A DNA stretch of 59,675 nucleotides from Ilumatobacteraceae bacterium (GTDB lineage: Bacteria > Actinomycetota > Acidimicrobiia > Acidimicrobiales > Ilumatobacteraceae). Each line of letters opens with the position of its first letter. Positions within the stretch are counted from its first letter, which is position 1. A model generated the notes under the pieces. That model saw only the letters and a program-made list of their open reading frames with translations. It made no database searches and had not been told where the DNA came from. Position numbers and translations under genes: made by a program. Location of the stretch: assembly GCA_030726975.1 (NCBI GenBank), contig JANRCO010000090.1:1-59675 (forward strand). Reading direction: 5' to 3'. This document shows positions 36,737 through 46,450 of this stretch, piece by piece.

Positions 36737-37561
36737 CTAATTTGCTGTAGATGCACGAGGCTTCGTGCCAACTTCGTTTGGCTTTTCCTTCAGCATCGAG
36801 AAGTCTTTGGCAATGGCGTCGAACGAAGTGCCACCAGTTTCCAGAGCCTTAAAGATCTCTGATTCAGGGGAACACCAAGTTTCGTATTCTTCGGCCCATG
36901 TCTCACTCTTCGGGTCGGCTCCGCCCACGCCATAGCGGGCGTGGCACACCACGCCCAGAATCTCTGCCTGAGACAGCCCACCTCCGTAGGTTTCGCCTTG
37001 TTGTGGCATGGGGTTGCCGTTGTACGACAGAGGAACGTGGGCTCCACCTTCGCGCTCGGGGTTGCCGTATTGCTTGATTCCCGCGGAAACAAAGGCCTGG
37101 CTGCCGGTATAAACGAAGTTCAGCATGTCTTCAATATGGGGGAAGGTCTTTAGGACCTCGCCTTGGTGCAAGATCCGACCTGCGCCGCCTTGACCAGCAG
37201 CACCATGACATCCGGCACATCCGCCGTATATTTCGCTTCCAACGGCAAGGGGACCTTCAACTTCTTTGACTTGAGGCTTCACGCCGTATGCGTAGAGAAA
37301 GGCCCACAGGGGCAGCAAACTCAAGGTTGCCATCGCCCAAAAAGGGATTTTTTTGCGGCCCTTGGCTGCAACAACGCGAGGTGTGTCGGGCTTGGCCACG
37401 ACGACAGAAGGCTCATTTTTGACGGCTTTAGCGGGTGCAGCTGCTTTTTGAACCGCAGGAACGTTCTCCCCTGATGCACCGGCAGACTCGCCACTCGAGG
37501 CGCTATCACCAGATTTGCGATCACGAGAGCGCTTGAGGAGGTGTTCAGGAATCTCAGTCAC
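36737..37561 (-). CDS. Membrane-anchored monohaem cytochrome c with a cytoplasmic IPEHLLKR N-terminal motif
   Basis: GTG start, (M)TEIPEHLLKRSRDRK, a low-complexity linker, the TM helix FWAMATLSLLPLWAFLYAY, and one haem site CAGCHG. Confidence 0.75.
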   Translation of the reverse strand: MTEIPEHLLKRSRDRKSGDSASSGESAGASGENVPAVQKAAAPAKAVKNEPSVVVAKPDTPRVVAAKGRKKIPFWAMATLSLLPLWAFLYAYGVKPQVKEVEGPLAVGSEIYGGCAGCHGAAGQGGAGRILHQGEVLKTFPHIEDMLNFVYTGSQAFVSAGIKQYGNPEREGGAHVPLSYNGNPMPQQGETYGGGLSQAEILGVVCHARYGVGGADPKSETWAEEYETWCSPESEIFKALETGGTSFDAIAKDFSMLKEKPNEVGTKPRASTAN

Positions 37562-37694
37562 GCGGGATACGATAGAGGAAATTCATCGCCAAATGAGAAT
37601 CATTGGTGAAGAACGTGCAAAAAAGAAAACAACTGAACTCCAGCGAAATGCGGTTCTTAGCCACAGCCATGACTAGTGTTTTGACGTAAGTTTC

Positions 37695-38207
37695 GTGCTC
37701 CTGCAACCCCTGAAAGGCAACCTGAGATCCATGCTGGCAATCGATGTTCTCAAATGGCCGGGTGTTAACCAGGCATTTATTTTCTCTTTTATTGTCACTC
37801 TTGCTCTTGCGCTCGTCATTATTCCCTTTGGAAAACGCCGCAAACCGGGAACCCCCGTTTCCTGGGGTGAAGCAATGGTCGGATCCCTCTATGTCTTTGG
37901 TGTCATGTTTTTGGCTTATGGAGTGGTTCCTCACCAATGGATTGACCATGCCGACAAAAACCTTGGTTGGCGCAAAGACAAAATTCTGAACGGTCCTTTT
38001 GACATTTTGAAGCCAAAAGCACTGGGTGGAAACTTTCCTTTCACGCTGTCCTATGAAGCGTTGCGCGACATCATCGCGGTCGCCATTCATGGTGTTTACA
38101 TTGGCGTCATGGTGTTTTTGTTCATTTGGTGGCAAAAGCGCGGCAAAGAAGCAACGAAAGAACTTGAAACGTCAACCTACGGGCGTCCGCTCGTGCGGAA
38201 GTCTTAG
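37695..38207 (+). CDS. Three-TM membrane protein of unknown function (first gene of the respiratory block)
   Basis: Hydrophobic helices FIFSFIVTLALALVIIPF, SLYVFGVMFLAYGVV and IHGVYIGVMVFLFIWW. The alternative start is ATG 37731. Confidence 0.5.
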   Translation: MLLQPLKGNLRSMLAIDVLKWPGVNQAFIFSFIVTLALALVIIPFGKRRKPGTPVSWGEAMVGSLYVFGVMFLAYGVVPHQWIDHADKNLGWRKDKILNGPFDILKPKALGGNFPFTLSYEALRDIIAVAIHGVYIGVMVFLFIWWQKRGKEATKELETSTYGRPLVRKS

Positions 38208-38215
38208 GAGGGCTG

Positions 38216-38629
38216 ATGGCAAAAACAGACGCTAACCCGCCAATGCCCGATTGGTCAACGGAGTATCAGCTTGTTGAAGTTGATGCCGATTACTTGTCGA
38301 AGGCAGTGAAACCCAAACAATTCATTCATATCGATCAATCTGAATGCATCATGTGTGAAGGATGCGTTGACATCTGCCCATGGAAATGCATCCATATGGT
38401 TGACCCCAGTGCTATCGCAGAAGCACAAGGCACCGAAAAGCCAGGACTCGACCCTTCCGACAACGTGATGTTCATTATCGATGACGACGTATGCACGCGT
38501 TGCGCACTTTGTGTTGACCGATGCCCCACAGGCGTCATCATTTTAGGAAAAGTTGGTGCTCCAGTGGGCACCGGTGATTCTCATACACGTACTAATAACC
38601 ACGGCTACGCCTACGGCATGCGGTTCTAA
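38216..38629 (+). CDS. 2x[4Fe-4S] ferredoxin-type protein
   Basis: Two complete motifs, [12 protein letters not shown] and [12 protein letters not shown]. It lies 8 nt after the previous gene and 11 nt before the cytochrome b gene. Confidence 0.8.
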   Translation: MAKTDANPPMPDWSTEYQLVEVDADYLSKAVKPKQFIHIDQSECIMCEGCVDICPWKCIHMVDPSAIAEAQGTEKPGLDPSDNVMFIIDDDVCTRCALCVDRCPTGVIILGKVGAPVGTGDSHTRTNNHGYAYGMRF

Positions 38630-38640
38630 GGAGCACCCTT

Positions 38641-39426
38641 ATGGCAAAAACTATTGACGATCAACCCACCCCAACGCTGAAAGATCGCGCTGCGAAAGTT
38701 GGTCAACAAGTACAAGGTAGCCAGGTATGGAGTTCTATTTTCCGTCCTGGTTCCATCTTCCGTAAGGGCTATACCGATTCCCCACGTAACCGTTCATACG
38801 TCATTATGAACTCGGTTCTCTATCACCTACACCCGGTGAAAGTGAAGCGACACGCAGTGAAGGTCAGCTACACCTTGTGCTTAGGCGGGCTGTCATTCTT
38901 CTTGTTTATTTTGCTCACAGTCACGGGCATTTTCTTGATGTTCTTCTACCGGCCCACAACGGCAAACGCTTGGCAAGACATTCAAACTTTGCAAACCTCA
39001 GTGACCTTTGGTTTACTCGTGCGAAATATGCACAGATGGGGCGCTCACCTCATGGTGCTCAGCGTTTTCTTGCACATGGCTCGCGTGTTTTATCACGGTG
39101 CGTACAAACCACCACGTGAATTCAACTGGGTCATTGGTGTGGTGTTGTTAACCCTCACACTCCTGCTTTCCTTCACCGGTTACTTGTTGCCCTGGGACCA
39201 ACTTGCCCTATGGGCTGTTGCGGTGGGTACCAACATGATGGGGTACACGCCAATTATGGGCTCACAAGTGCGCTTTGTATTGCTCGGTGGTACGGAAATT
39301 GGTGCAGAAACGTTGTTGCGTTGGTACGTATTGCACGTATTGCTACTTCCATTCGTCATCGTCATCTTTATGGCCATCCACTTCTGGCGGGTACGTAAAG
39401 ACGGCGGCATTTCGGGTCCGTTGTGA
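38641..39426 (+). CDS. qcrB: Cytochrome b6-type (N-terminal half) subunit of a Rieske/cyt b complex
   Basis: Helix [16 protein letters not shown] (H-x13-H), helix [17 protein letters not shown] (H-x14-H), and four TM helices. It ends after helix D. Confidence 0.87.
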   Translation: MAKTIDDQPTPTLKDRAAKVGQQVQGSQVWSSIFRPGSIFRKGYTDSPRNRSYVIMNSVLYHLHPVKVKRHAVKVSYTLCLGGLSFFLFILLTVTGIFLMFFYRPTTANAWQDIQTLQTSVTFGLLVRNMHRWGAHLMVLSVFLHMARVFYHGAYKPPREFNWVIGVVLLTLTLLLSFTGYLLPWDQLALWAVAVGTNMMGYTPIMGSQVRFVLLGGTEIGAETLLRWYVLHVLLLPFVIVIFMAIHFWRVRKDGGISGPL

Positions 39427-39440
39427 CAGGTAGGTGAACC

Positions 39441-40184
39441 ATGACTGAGATTCCTGAACATCTATTGAAGCGAGCACAAGCTGCTCGTGAAAAAACTGCG
39501 GAAGACGCTGCGGCAACATCTGCAAGCAGCGGCCCAAGTGACTCGCGTATTCCCGATCATCTCTTGGAGCGCAGCAAAGCTGCACGTACCGGCGGAGCAT
39601 CTGCTGGTGCAGTTGCGGTTGCCGACAAAGCAGCAGCTGTTGTTGCTGCACCCGTCGGTGGTGGCGTACCTGTTGGTACTGGTCCTGGCGGACACACGCA
39701 GCGTTTGCTGACAGTTGTCAAGTCTGGCTCCATTCAAGAAGTGAAGGCAGCACCAATCGACAAGGTGCACACCTGGCCGCACTTACTCGGAATTGAATTT
39801 GTTGCAGCACTTGCGTGTACCGCATTCCTCTTCATCTTCTCATGGGTGGTGAATGCTCCGCTTTTGCAAGCAGCAAACTTCAACCAAACCCCAAACCCAT
39901 CAAAAGCCCCTTGGTACTTCTTGGGTCTGCAAGAACTGCTCACCATGTTCCACCCCATGGTTGCTGGTGTAACAATGCCGGGTATGGGGCTCATCATTTT
40001 GATACTTGCGCCGTACACCGACCGCAACCCGTCAAACAAACCGGAAGATCGCAAGTTTGCGACGAGCATTATGACCGTTCACCTCATGTTCTGGGCTGTC
40101 TTGGTCATCATCGGCTCATTCTTCCGCGGTCCAGGATTCAACTTCACGTTCCCGTGGCGTGACGGCATTTTCTTCGAGTTGTGA
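39441..40184 (+). CDS. Subunit IV-like (cytochrome b C-terminal half) protein with a duplicated IP(E/D)HLL(K/E)R N-terminal motif
   Basis: PSKAPWYFLGLQELL (PEWY-region equivalent) and three TM helices. The N-terminal 50 aa carry MTEIPEHLLKRAQAAR and RIPDHLLERSKAAR. Confidence 0.8.
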   Translation: MTEIPEHLLKRAQAAREKTAEDAAATSASSGPSDSRIPDHLLERSKAARTGGASAGAVAVADKAAAVVAAPVGGGVPVGTGPGGHTQRLLTVVKSGSIQEVKAAPIDKVHTWPHLLGIEFVAALACTAFLFIFSWVVNAPLLQAANFNQTPNPSKAPWYFLGLQELLTMFHPMVAGVTMPGMGLIILILAPYTDRNPSNKPEDRKFATSIMTVHLMFWAVLVIIGSFFRGPGFNFTFPWRDGIFFEL

Positions 40185-40194
40185 GGATCACATC

Positions 40195-41034
40195 ATGAGC
40201 ACTTCTCTCATCATTGCTATAGCTCTAGTCGCCATTGCCGTCTTCGGCGGTTTGGTTTTTGTGACGGCATCACGTAAAACGGGTGTGCGTGGCGCTGGTG
40301 CACTCTCGCGCGAAACAAAGAAGCGCGATAAAACTGCAACAGTATCTGTACCAACGGGCCGCGCATTCGAAGCTGCAGCAACTGCTTCATCAACTGAACT
40401 TGCAGTTCCTGCACAAGTCGAAATTGAACAGTGGGTAGCTCCCGATGCAGAAGTCCTTGGCGAAACGCGCCGCAGCTTCTTCAACCGTGCCACCGTCATC
40501 ATGCTCAGCACAAGCCTCGGAGCATTCGGTGCTTCGCTTGTTGGATTTTTGTGGAAAGGCGCTTCCGGAGGTTTTGGTTCAAAAATCAATGCCGGAAAAG
40601 TTGACGACGTCATCCAGTCAATTCGCGGCAACAAAGGATTCTTGTATCTCTCTGAGGCTCGTGCTTGGGTGACTGAGTACCCGAAAGACGCACTATCAAA
40701 AGCTCGACCTGTTTATGGAAATCAAGCTCCTGTGTTTACAGGCATGGAAGCTGGCATTGTTGCGTTATACCAAAAGTGTCCACACCTTGGCTGTCGTGTT
40801 CCCGAATGCAAGAGCTCACAGTGGTTTGAATGCCCTTGCCACGGTTCGCAGTACAACCGTGTTGGTGAGAAAAAAGGTGGGCCTGCTCCTCGTGGCATGG
40901 ACCTTTTTGGCGTAGCCATTAATAACGGCGTACTCATTATCGATACTGGTTCAGTATTTGGTGGTGCTCCTATCGGAACAAACACCACTGGTCAAGAAGC
41001 TGAAGGCCCTCACTGCGTCGGCGGAGGTCACTAA
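40195..41034 (+). CDS. qcrA: Rieske [2Fe-2S] iron-sulfur subunit
   Basis: CPHLGCRV and CPCHGSQY boxes. The N-terminal TM helix follows ATG 40195, which has GAGGA 7 nt upstream. Confidence 0.87.
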   Translation: MSTSLIIAIALVAIAVFGGLVFVTASRKTGVRGAGALSRETKKRDKTATVSVPTGRAFEAAATASSTELAVPAQVEIEQWVAPDAEVLGETRRSFFNRATVIMLSTSLGAFGASLVGFLWKGASGGFGSKINAGKVDDVIQSIRGNKGFLYLSEARAWVTEYPKDALSKARPVYGNQAPVFTGMEAGIVALYQKCPHLGCRVPECKSSQWFECPCHGSQYNRVGEKKGGPAPRGMDLFGVAINNGVLIIDTGSVFGGAPIGTNTTGQEAEGPHCVGGGH

Positions 41035-41036
41035 AC

Positions 41037-42098
41037 ATGATTGCAGCAACGACAACAAACTTGGCTTGGATCATACTTGCCGTTGTGCTCGTGGGTTGGG
41101 TGCTCTATGGGCTCTTCAACATTCGTAGTTCACGTCGCGAACTTGGTTCGGAAATTGAACTCGCAGCAAACCGTAAGCCGTACTACGACGACGAAATTCT
41201 TGAAGGCAAGAAAATTGAGCGCACTCAACTATTGGGGTTAGCTTTTCTTGCCATCATCACCGTGTCGCTTCCTTTGTATTGGGTGCTTGAACCCGGTCGC
41301 CAAGAAGGTGCTGAACGAGGATTCGACAAGCGTTTTGCCAGTTGGGGCTCAAAACTTTTTGCATCAACTGCCGATGGTGGCTTCAACTGTGCAGGTTGCC
41401 ATGGCGGCATGAAAGCAACGGGTGGTAACGCACCGTTTGCAATTACCGATGTCAAAACCAATGAAGTGAAGTCGGTGACGTGGAAAGCACCTGCTTTGAA
41501 TAATGTGTATCACCGCTTTAGCGAAGCAGAGGTTCGTTTTATTTTGGAATACGGTCGTCCGTTCTCGCCAATGTCACCTTGGGGCCTTGTGGGCGGTGGT
41601 CCAATGAATGAACAGCAGATCGACAACCTCATTGCGTATATGCGTACCATTCAAGTGCCGCGTGAAAATTGCGACAATCCGAACGACGATGCACGCACAT
41701 GCCTTGGCGGAACAATGCCAGCCTCTTCGCAAAAAGAGATTCAGGCAGAAGCAGTACGCCTTGTGAAAAGTGGTGCATATAAGACGGTTGGTGAAGCTCT
41801 CTTCAACCTCGATCTCGGAGGCGGTGCCTACTCCTGCGCTCGTTGTCATACCAAGGGTTGGTCGTACGGAGACCCACAAGTCACTGGTGGTGGAGCATTC
41901 GGGCCAAACCTCACCGGCGGATCCAGTGTTCGCCAGTTCCCGAATCAAGACGACATGATTGCCTTTATTAAGGGCGGGTCAGAGTACGGAAAGAAATATG
42001 GCGAGCAAGGTCAAGGTGGGGGACGCATGCCTGGTTTTGGTGGTATCTATAGCGATGAACAAATTAAGTCCATTGTGGAATATGTAAGGAGCCTCTGA
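41037..42098 (+). CDS. qcrC: Membrane-bound dihaem cytochrome c
   Basis: Two haem sites, CAGCHG and CARCHT, and two N-terminal TM helices. Confidence 0.83.
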   Translation: MIAATTTNLAWIILAVVLVGWVLYGLFNIRSSRRELGSEIELAANRKPYYDDEILEGKKIERTQLLGLAFLAIITVSLPLYWVLEPGRQEGAERGFDKRFASWGSKLFASTADGGFNCAGCHGGMKATGGNAPFAITDVKTNEVKSVTWKAPALNNVYHRFSEAEVRFILEYGRPFSPMSPWGLVGGGPMNEQQIDNLIAYMRTIQVPRENCDNPNDDARTCLGGTMPASSQKEIQAEAVRLVKSGAYKTVGEALFNLDLGGGAYSCARCHTKGWSYGDPQVTGGGAFGPNLTGGSSVRQFPNQDDMIAFIKGGSEYGKKYGEQGQGGGRMPGFGGIYSDEQIKSIVEYVRSL

Positions 42099-42922
42099 TG
42101 CTTTCCGTTCTGTTTGCTGTCAGTTGGGATCCAGAAATCCGTGGCATCATCGTGGTGCTATGCATGTTCCTTGTGCTGTGTGGCGGTACCTACCTCGTCA
42201 TCGGAACAAACCTGGGTGCGCGTTTAGGCATTCTCGTTTCGCTCGCCGCGCTTTGCGGTTGGATGGCAATGATGGGTGCAGTGTGGTGGGTATACGGCAT
42301 TGGCTTGAAAGGCCGTGAAGCAACATGGAAACCAGCTAGTCCCATTTCCATTATTCGTGATGGCACGTTGTTAAGTAGTGCTGAAGTCATTGACGGACCC
42401 ATCAGAGTTGATGCTGGTGCCTCGCCAGCAGAAGTTGCAGCAACCGTGAGGAAGCAACTTGAAGCAGAAAATTGGGTGCGACTCGACGACGCAGACCCAC
42501 GTCGTGGTCAAGCATCTGCCTCTGCAGACGACATCATTCAAAATCGGGCAAAAGAATTTGCTGCCGGTGAATATCTCACCTTGTCGGTATACGACCGCGG
42601 TGGAGAGCGATCACCAAAAATCAATGACTCGCTCGACTTCCTGGCCTTTTTCCATGCACCTCGGTATGCACTCGTTGAATTAGCACCGTTATTGCCACAG
42701 CGTGTTGAGCCTGCTCGTGCGCCTGCAAAGCCAGTCATCGATTCATCGCAGCCGCACCGCTATTTGCTCATGATTCGTGATCTCGGTTCCAAGCGTCAGC
42801 CAGCAATTTTCATTACCTTAGGTTCCTCTTTGATTTTCGCAATTCTTTGCTGGTTGCTTCATCGTCGAGACCGTTTTGTGATGGAGAATGCAACTGGTGA
42901 GTTGAACCCGGCGAAGGTTTAA
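42098..42922 (+). CDS. Membrane protein of unknown function, translationally coupled between the dihaem c gene and nuoA
   Basis: TGATG overlap with the upstream stop, and AAGGAG 6 nt upstream of the ATG. It has two N-terminal TM helices, one C-terminal TM helix and a roughly 170-aa soluble domain. nuoA starts 3 nt after its stop. Confidence 0.55.
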   Translation: MLSVLFAVSWDPEIRGIIVVLCMFLVLCGGTYLVIGTNLGARLGILVSLAALCGWMAMMGAVWWVYGIGLKGREATWKPASPISIIRDGTLLSSAEVIDGPIRVDAGASPAEVAATVRKQLEAENWVRLDDADPRRGQASASADDIIQNRAKEFAAGEYLTLSVYDRGGERSPKINDSLDFLAFFHAPRYALVELAPLLPQRVEPARAPAKPVIDSSQPHRYLLMIRDLGSKRQPAIFITLGSSLIFAILCWLLHRRDRFVMENATGELNPAKV

Positions 42923-42925
42923 ACT

Positions 42926-43399
42926 ATGGGGCAGTATCTTCCGATACTCGCATTGACGGTATTGGCAACTCTTTTTGGAGTTCTCAGTTTGGTTGCGTCG
43001 CGGTTGCTCGCGCCAAACAGAGCTAACGCTGCTAAGGAGGCGCCTTACGAGTGTGGCATCGTGCCAAGTCGCGATAATCCGCAGCGGTTCCCCGTTTCTT
43101 TTTATATTGTCGCAATGCTTTTCATCATGTTCGACATCGAAATCATTTTCGTGTATCCATATGCGGTCGATCGAGAATTCCTTGGTTCGTACGGATTTTT
43201 CGAGATGCTTACATTCAGCTCAATTTTCTTCGTGACGTTTGTATACGTTGTTGCTCGAGGAGCTCTCGACTGGGGGCCACTCAAGAGTGGTCGTCGTGTT
43301 GACGAGAACCTCACCGACGTGGTCTCGGCTCAGCGCACGGTTTCTTCTACAATTCGCCGCGTAGGTAGCGATGGTCGCGAAACGGAGTTTGCAGCATAA
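42926..43399 (+). CDS. nuoA: NADH-quinone oxidoreductase subunit A
   Basis: YECGI...[26 protein letters not shown]. Confidence 0.9.
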   Translation: MGQYLPILALTVLATLFGVLSLVASRLLAPNRANAAKEAPYECGIVPSRDNPQRFPVSFYIVAMLFIMFDIEIIFVYPYAVDREFLGSYGFFEMLTFSSIFFVTFVYVVARGALDWGPLKSGRRVDENLTDVVSAQRTVSSTIRRVGSDGRETEFAA

Positions 43400-43986
43400 T
43401 GGCAATTGTACGTGACGTTCTTGATGATGGTTTAGGCGGGCTTGAACACAACTTTCTCACGGGTCGCGTTGAAGATCTTGTGCTTTGGTCGCGTTCGCGC
43501 TCTTCGTGGGCAGCAACGTTTGGGCTTGCGTGCTGTGCAATTGAAATGATGGGAACTGGTGCTGCGCACTACGACCTTGCTCGATTTGGAATGGAAGTGT
43601 TTCGTGCATCTCCACGCCAAGCCGACATCATGATTGTGGCCGGCCGTGTCAGCCAAAAAATGGCTCCCGTCATGCGTCAGGTATATGACCAAATGATGGA
43701 ACCCAAGTGGGTCATCTCGATGGGCGTTTGCGCATCAACCGGAGGTATGTTTAATAACTACGCCATTGTGCAAGGCGTCGACCAAATTGTCCCTGTCGAC
43801 GTATATGCACCAGGTTGCCCACCAACACCAGAAACTCTCATCCATGCAATTGAAACTCTGCATCAGCTCATTGAAGACGGTGAAATTATGCGTCGTCGAG
43901 CTGCATCGGGTGCTGGAGCCAATGTGCACATCACTGAAATTGCAGCGGGCGCAACTGTTACGCCAATAGTTCTCGGAGCTCGTTAA
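43399..43986 (+). CDS. nuoB: NADH-quinone oxidoreductase subunit B
   Basis: N2 cluster ligands in [20 protein letters not shown] and PGCPP. Confidence 0.93.
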   Translation: MAIVRDVLDDGLGGLEHNFLTGRVEDLVLWSRSRSSWAATFGLACCAIEMMGTGAAHYDLARFGMEVFRASPRQADIMIVAGRVSQKMAPVMRQVYDQMMEPKWVISMGVCASTGGMFNNYAIVQGVDQIVPVDVYAPGCPPTPETLIHAIETLHQLIEDGEIMRRRAASGAGANVHITEIAAGATVTPIVLGAR

Positions 43987-43989
43987 ACC

Positions 43990-44499
43990 ATGAGTGAAGC
44001 AGTAGTAGATACCTCTGTGCCCGCGGAGCAATTGTACGATTGTGAAGTGACGTATTCACGTGGCGAGAAAGTGATTCATGCCTCGCGCGAAAATTACATA
44101 GCAACGTTGAAGAAGGCCATTGACGACTCCTTCACGATGTGCACCGATCTCACTGCGGTCGATTTTCTCACGTATGCATCAGCAAATCGCCAACTCCCAT
44201 CGAGTGTTGTCGGAGAACGTTTTGAAATTGTGCTCAACCTCATTTCATTAGAGAGGCGCGAGCGCTTGCGCTTACGAGTTCAAATTGCAGAGGGTGAAGC
44301 ATCGTTGCCAACCGCATTCGATCTTTATCCAGGGACCGAAGCAATGGAACGTGAAGTGTTCGACATGTTCGGTATCCACTTTGAAGGACATCCTGACCCT
44401 TCACGTATTTTGATGCCTGAAGACTGGGAAGGGCATCCACTACGAAAAGATTTTTCAGTTGGTCGCATTCCTGTGCAATTTAAAGGCGCTCCATCATGA
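43990..44499 (+). CDS. nuoC: NADH-quinone oxidoreductase subunit C
   Basis: EREVFDMFGIHFEGHPD signature. Confidence 0.9.
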   Translation: MSEAVVDTSVPAEQLYDCEVTYSRGEKVIHASRENYIATLKKAIDDSFTMCTDLTAVDFLTYASANRQLPSSVVGERFEIVLNLISLERRERLRLRVQIAEGEASLPTAFDLYPGTEAMEREVFDMFGIHFEGHPDPSRILMPEDWEGHPLRKDFSVGRIPVQFKGAPS

Positions 44500-45839
44500 C
44501 AAGCAATCTCATTGCGGCAACACCTGCAGCTACAGGCGAAGGCCCACAAGAAATGCGTTCACGCAGCGAACTCACCGCAAAAGAAGTTCTGCGGGAAGTC
44601 GGTTCGGTTTTACGCATGAGCGAAAAAGATGCAGCAGAACTCACGAGCAGTCCTGTTGAAAATGACGAAGAACAAACCATGATCATCAACATGGGGCCAC
44701 AGCACCCAAGTACGCATGGCGTACTGCGCTTAATGCTGGAACTACAAGGTGAAAAAGTTCTCCGTTGCAAACCCATTATTGGTTATTTGCACACCGGAAT
44801 GGAAAAGCAGGGTGAAGAACTCACCTACATGCAAGGTGGCACCAACGTCACTCGTATGGACTATGCCTCGCCATTGAATAACGAGTTGGTGTTCTCACTC
44901 GCAGTGGAAAAACTTTTGGGAATCGACGGCGATATCCCAGAACGTGCAACGTGGATGCGCATGTTGTTGTCTGAGCTCAATCGTATGAGCAGCCACCTTC
45001 TGTTCATGGCTACAAACGGCATGGACATGGGCGCTGTTTCCATGATGATTTACGGATGGCGCGAACGCGAAGAAGTGTTACGGTTTTTCCAAAAAGTCAC
45101 CGGTCTGCGCATGAACCATAACTTCATTCGCCCGGGTGGACTCGCAGCAGACCTCCCTGCCGGCTGGCGCGATGACGTGCTTACCATCTTGGAAGGCTTG
45201 CCATCACGTTTGGCCGAATACGACGTCCTCATGACCAACCAACCCATTTGGCGTGAGCGTCTACAAGGCGTGGGTGTCATCACTGCAGAAGAAGCTGTAG
45301 CTCTTGGTGCATCCGGCCCTATTTTGCGCTCCGCTGGTATTGCTTGGGACCTTCGTCGCGACCTTCCTTATTTGAAGTATGACGAAGTGGAATTCGATGT
45401 CATCGTCGGTTCCTTTGGCGATGCATTCGACCGTTATGCAATTCGGCTCAACGAAATTCGTGAGTCAATGAAAATTGTGTATCAAATTCTCGACAAGATG
45501 CCTTCGGGTGACTATCGCATTCAAGATAAAAAAGTAACTCCACCACCACGTGCTCGTATTGACGAGTCAATGGAAGCTCTTATTCACCACTTCAAAATTT
45601 TCACCGAAGGCTTCAAAGTGCCTGAAGGCGAAGTGTATGTAGGTATTGAAAGCCCCCGTGGTGAAATTGGTTGTTACATCGTGAGTGATGGTTCACCAAA
45701 GCCGTATCGCCTGCATATGCGCGCACCGTCGTTTGTCAATATTCAAGCACTGCCACACATGATGCGCGGTGGCCTTATTGCCGATGCCGTGGCCGTCATT
45801 TCCTCCGTAGACCCAGTGTTGGGAGAAGTCGACCGATGA
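44496..45839 (+). CDS. nuoD: NADH-quinone oxidoreductase subunit D
   Basis: NMGPQHPSTHGVLRL and the C-terminal VLGEVDR. It has a roughly 50-aa N-terminal extension. Confidence 0.93.
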   Translation: MTSNLIAATPAATGEGPQEMRSRSELTAKEVLREVGSVLRMSEKDAAELTSSPVENDEEQTMIINMGPQHPSTHGVLRLMLELQGEKVLRCKPIIGYLHTGMEKQGEELTYMQGGTNVTRMDYASPLNNELVFSLAVEKLLGIDGDIPERATWMRMLLSELNRMSSHLLFMATNGMDMGAVSMMIYGWREREEVLRFFQKVTGLRMNHNFIRPGGLAADLPAGWRDDVLTILEGLPSRLAEYDVLMTNQPIWRERLQGVGVITAEEAVALGASGPILRSAGIAWDLRRDLPYLKYDEVEFDVIVGSFGDAFDRYAIRLNEIRESMKIVYQILDKMPSGDYRIQDKKVTPPPRARIDESMEALIHHFKIFTEGFKVPEGEVYVGIESPRGEIGCYIVSDGSPKPYRLHMRAPSFVNIQALPHMMRGGLIADAVAVISSVDPVLGEVDR

Positions 45840-46450
45840 GCCGCCTCACCGATGCAAACATTGCAATTGCATACGAAATTATTGGACGTTATCCACGTCC
45901 AAAGTCTGCACTCATTCCTATTTTGCATCTTGCACAAGAACAAGATGGTTATGTAGCGCAAGATGCAATGAAGCACATTGCCGAGCTTGTAGGTGTCACA
46001 CCTGCAGAAGTTTTTGGCACTGCATCGTTCTACGAAATGTTCAAATTTGAACCAGTAGGGAAGTATCTCCTCAATATCTGCGGCACCATGTCGTGCGCAC
46101 TCATGGGTGCTGAGGAACTCATGCATCATGCCGAGAAGCGACTGGGTATTAAGGCAGGAAGCACTACACCCGATGGACTCATCACTTTGGAGCATGCTGA
46201 ATGCCAAGCAGCGTGCACCGAGGCTCCCTGCTTGCAGGTGAACTATCGGTACCGATTCAAAATGACTCCTGGCGAACTCGACACGCTCATCGACGATCTT
46301 GCAGCAGGAAAACTCACCGACGAGATTCCTGCCCACGGAGTTTTGGCAACAGTGCGTCAACGCATTCCTGCCGAACGCGGCGTTGGAGCAGTTGCTCCTG
46401 AAAAAGTAAATGAATCGCCTCAATGGCTAGACGGAAAGCCTGCATTATGA
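45836..46450 (+). CDS. nuoE: NADH-quinone oxidoreductase subunit E
   Basis: [2Fe-2S] ligands in CGTMSCALMG and CQAACTEAP. Confidence 0.92.
   Translation: MSRLTDANIAIAYEIIGRYPRPKSALIPILHLAQEQDGYVAQDAMKHIAELVGVTPAEVFGTASFYEMFKFEPVGKYLLNICGTMSCALMGAEELMHHAEKRLGIKAGSTTPDGLITLEHAECQAACTEAPCLQVNYRYRFKMTPGELDTLIDDLAAGKLTDEIPAHGVLATVRQRIPAERGVGAVAPEKVNESPQWLDGKPAL

Noticed and set aside
37591-37603. The inverted repeat AATGA-gaa-TCATT in the divergent region upstream of the respiratory block.
   Set aside because: It has only 5-bp arms, which is within chance expectation for an AT-richer intergenic stretch.
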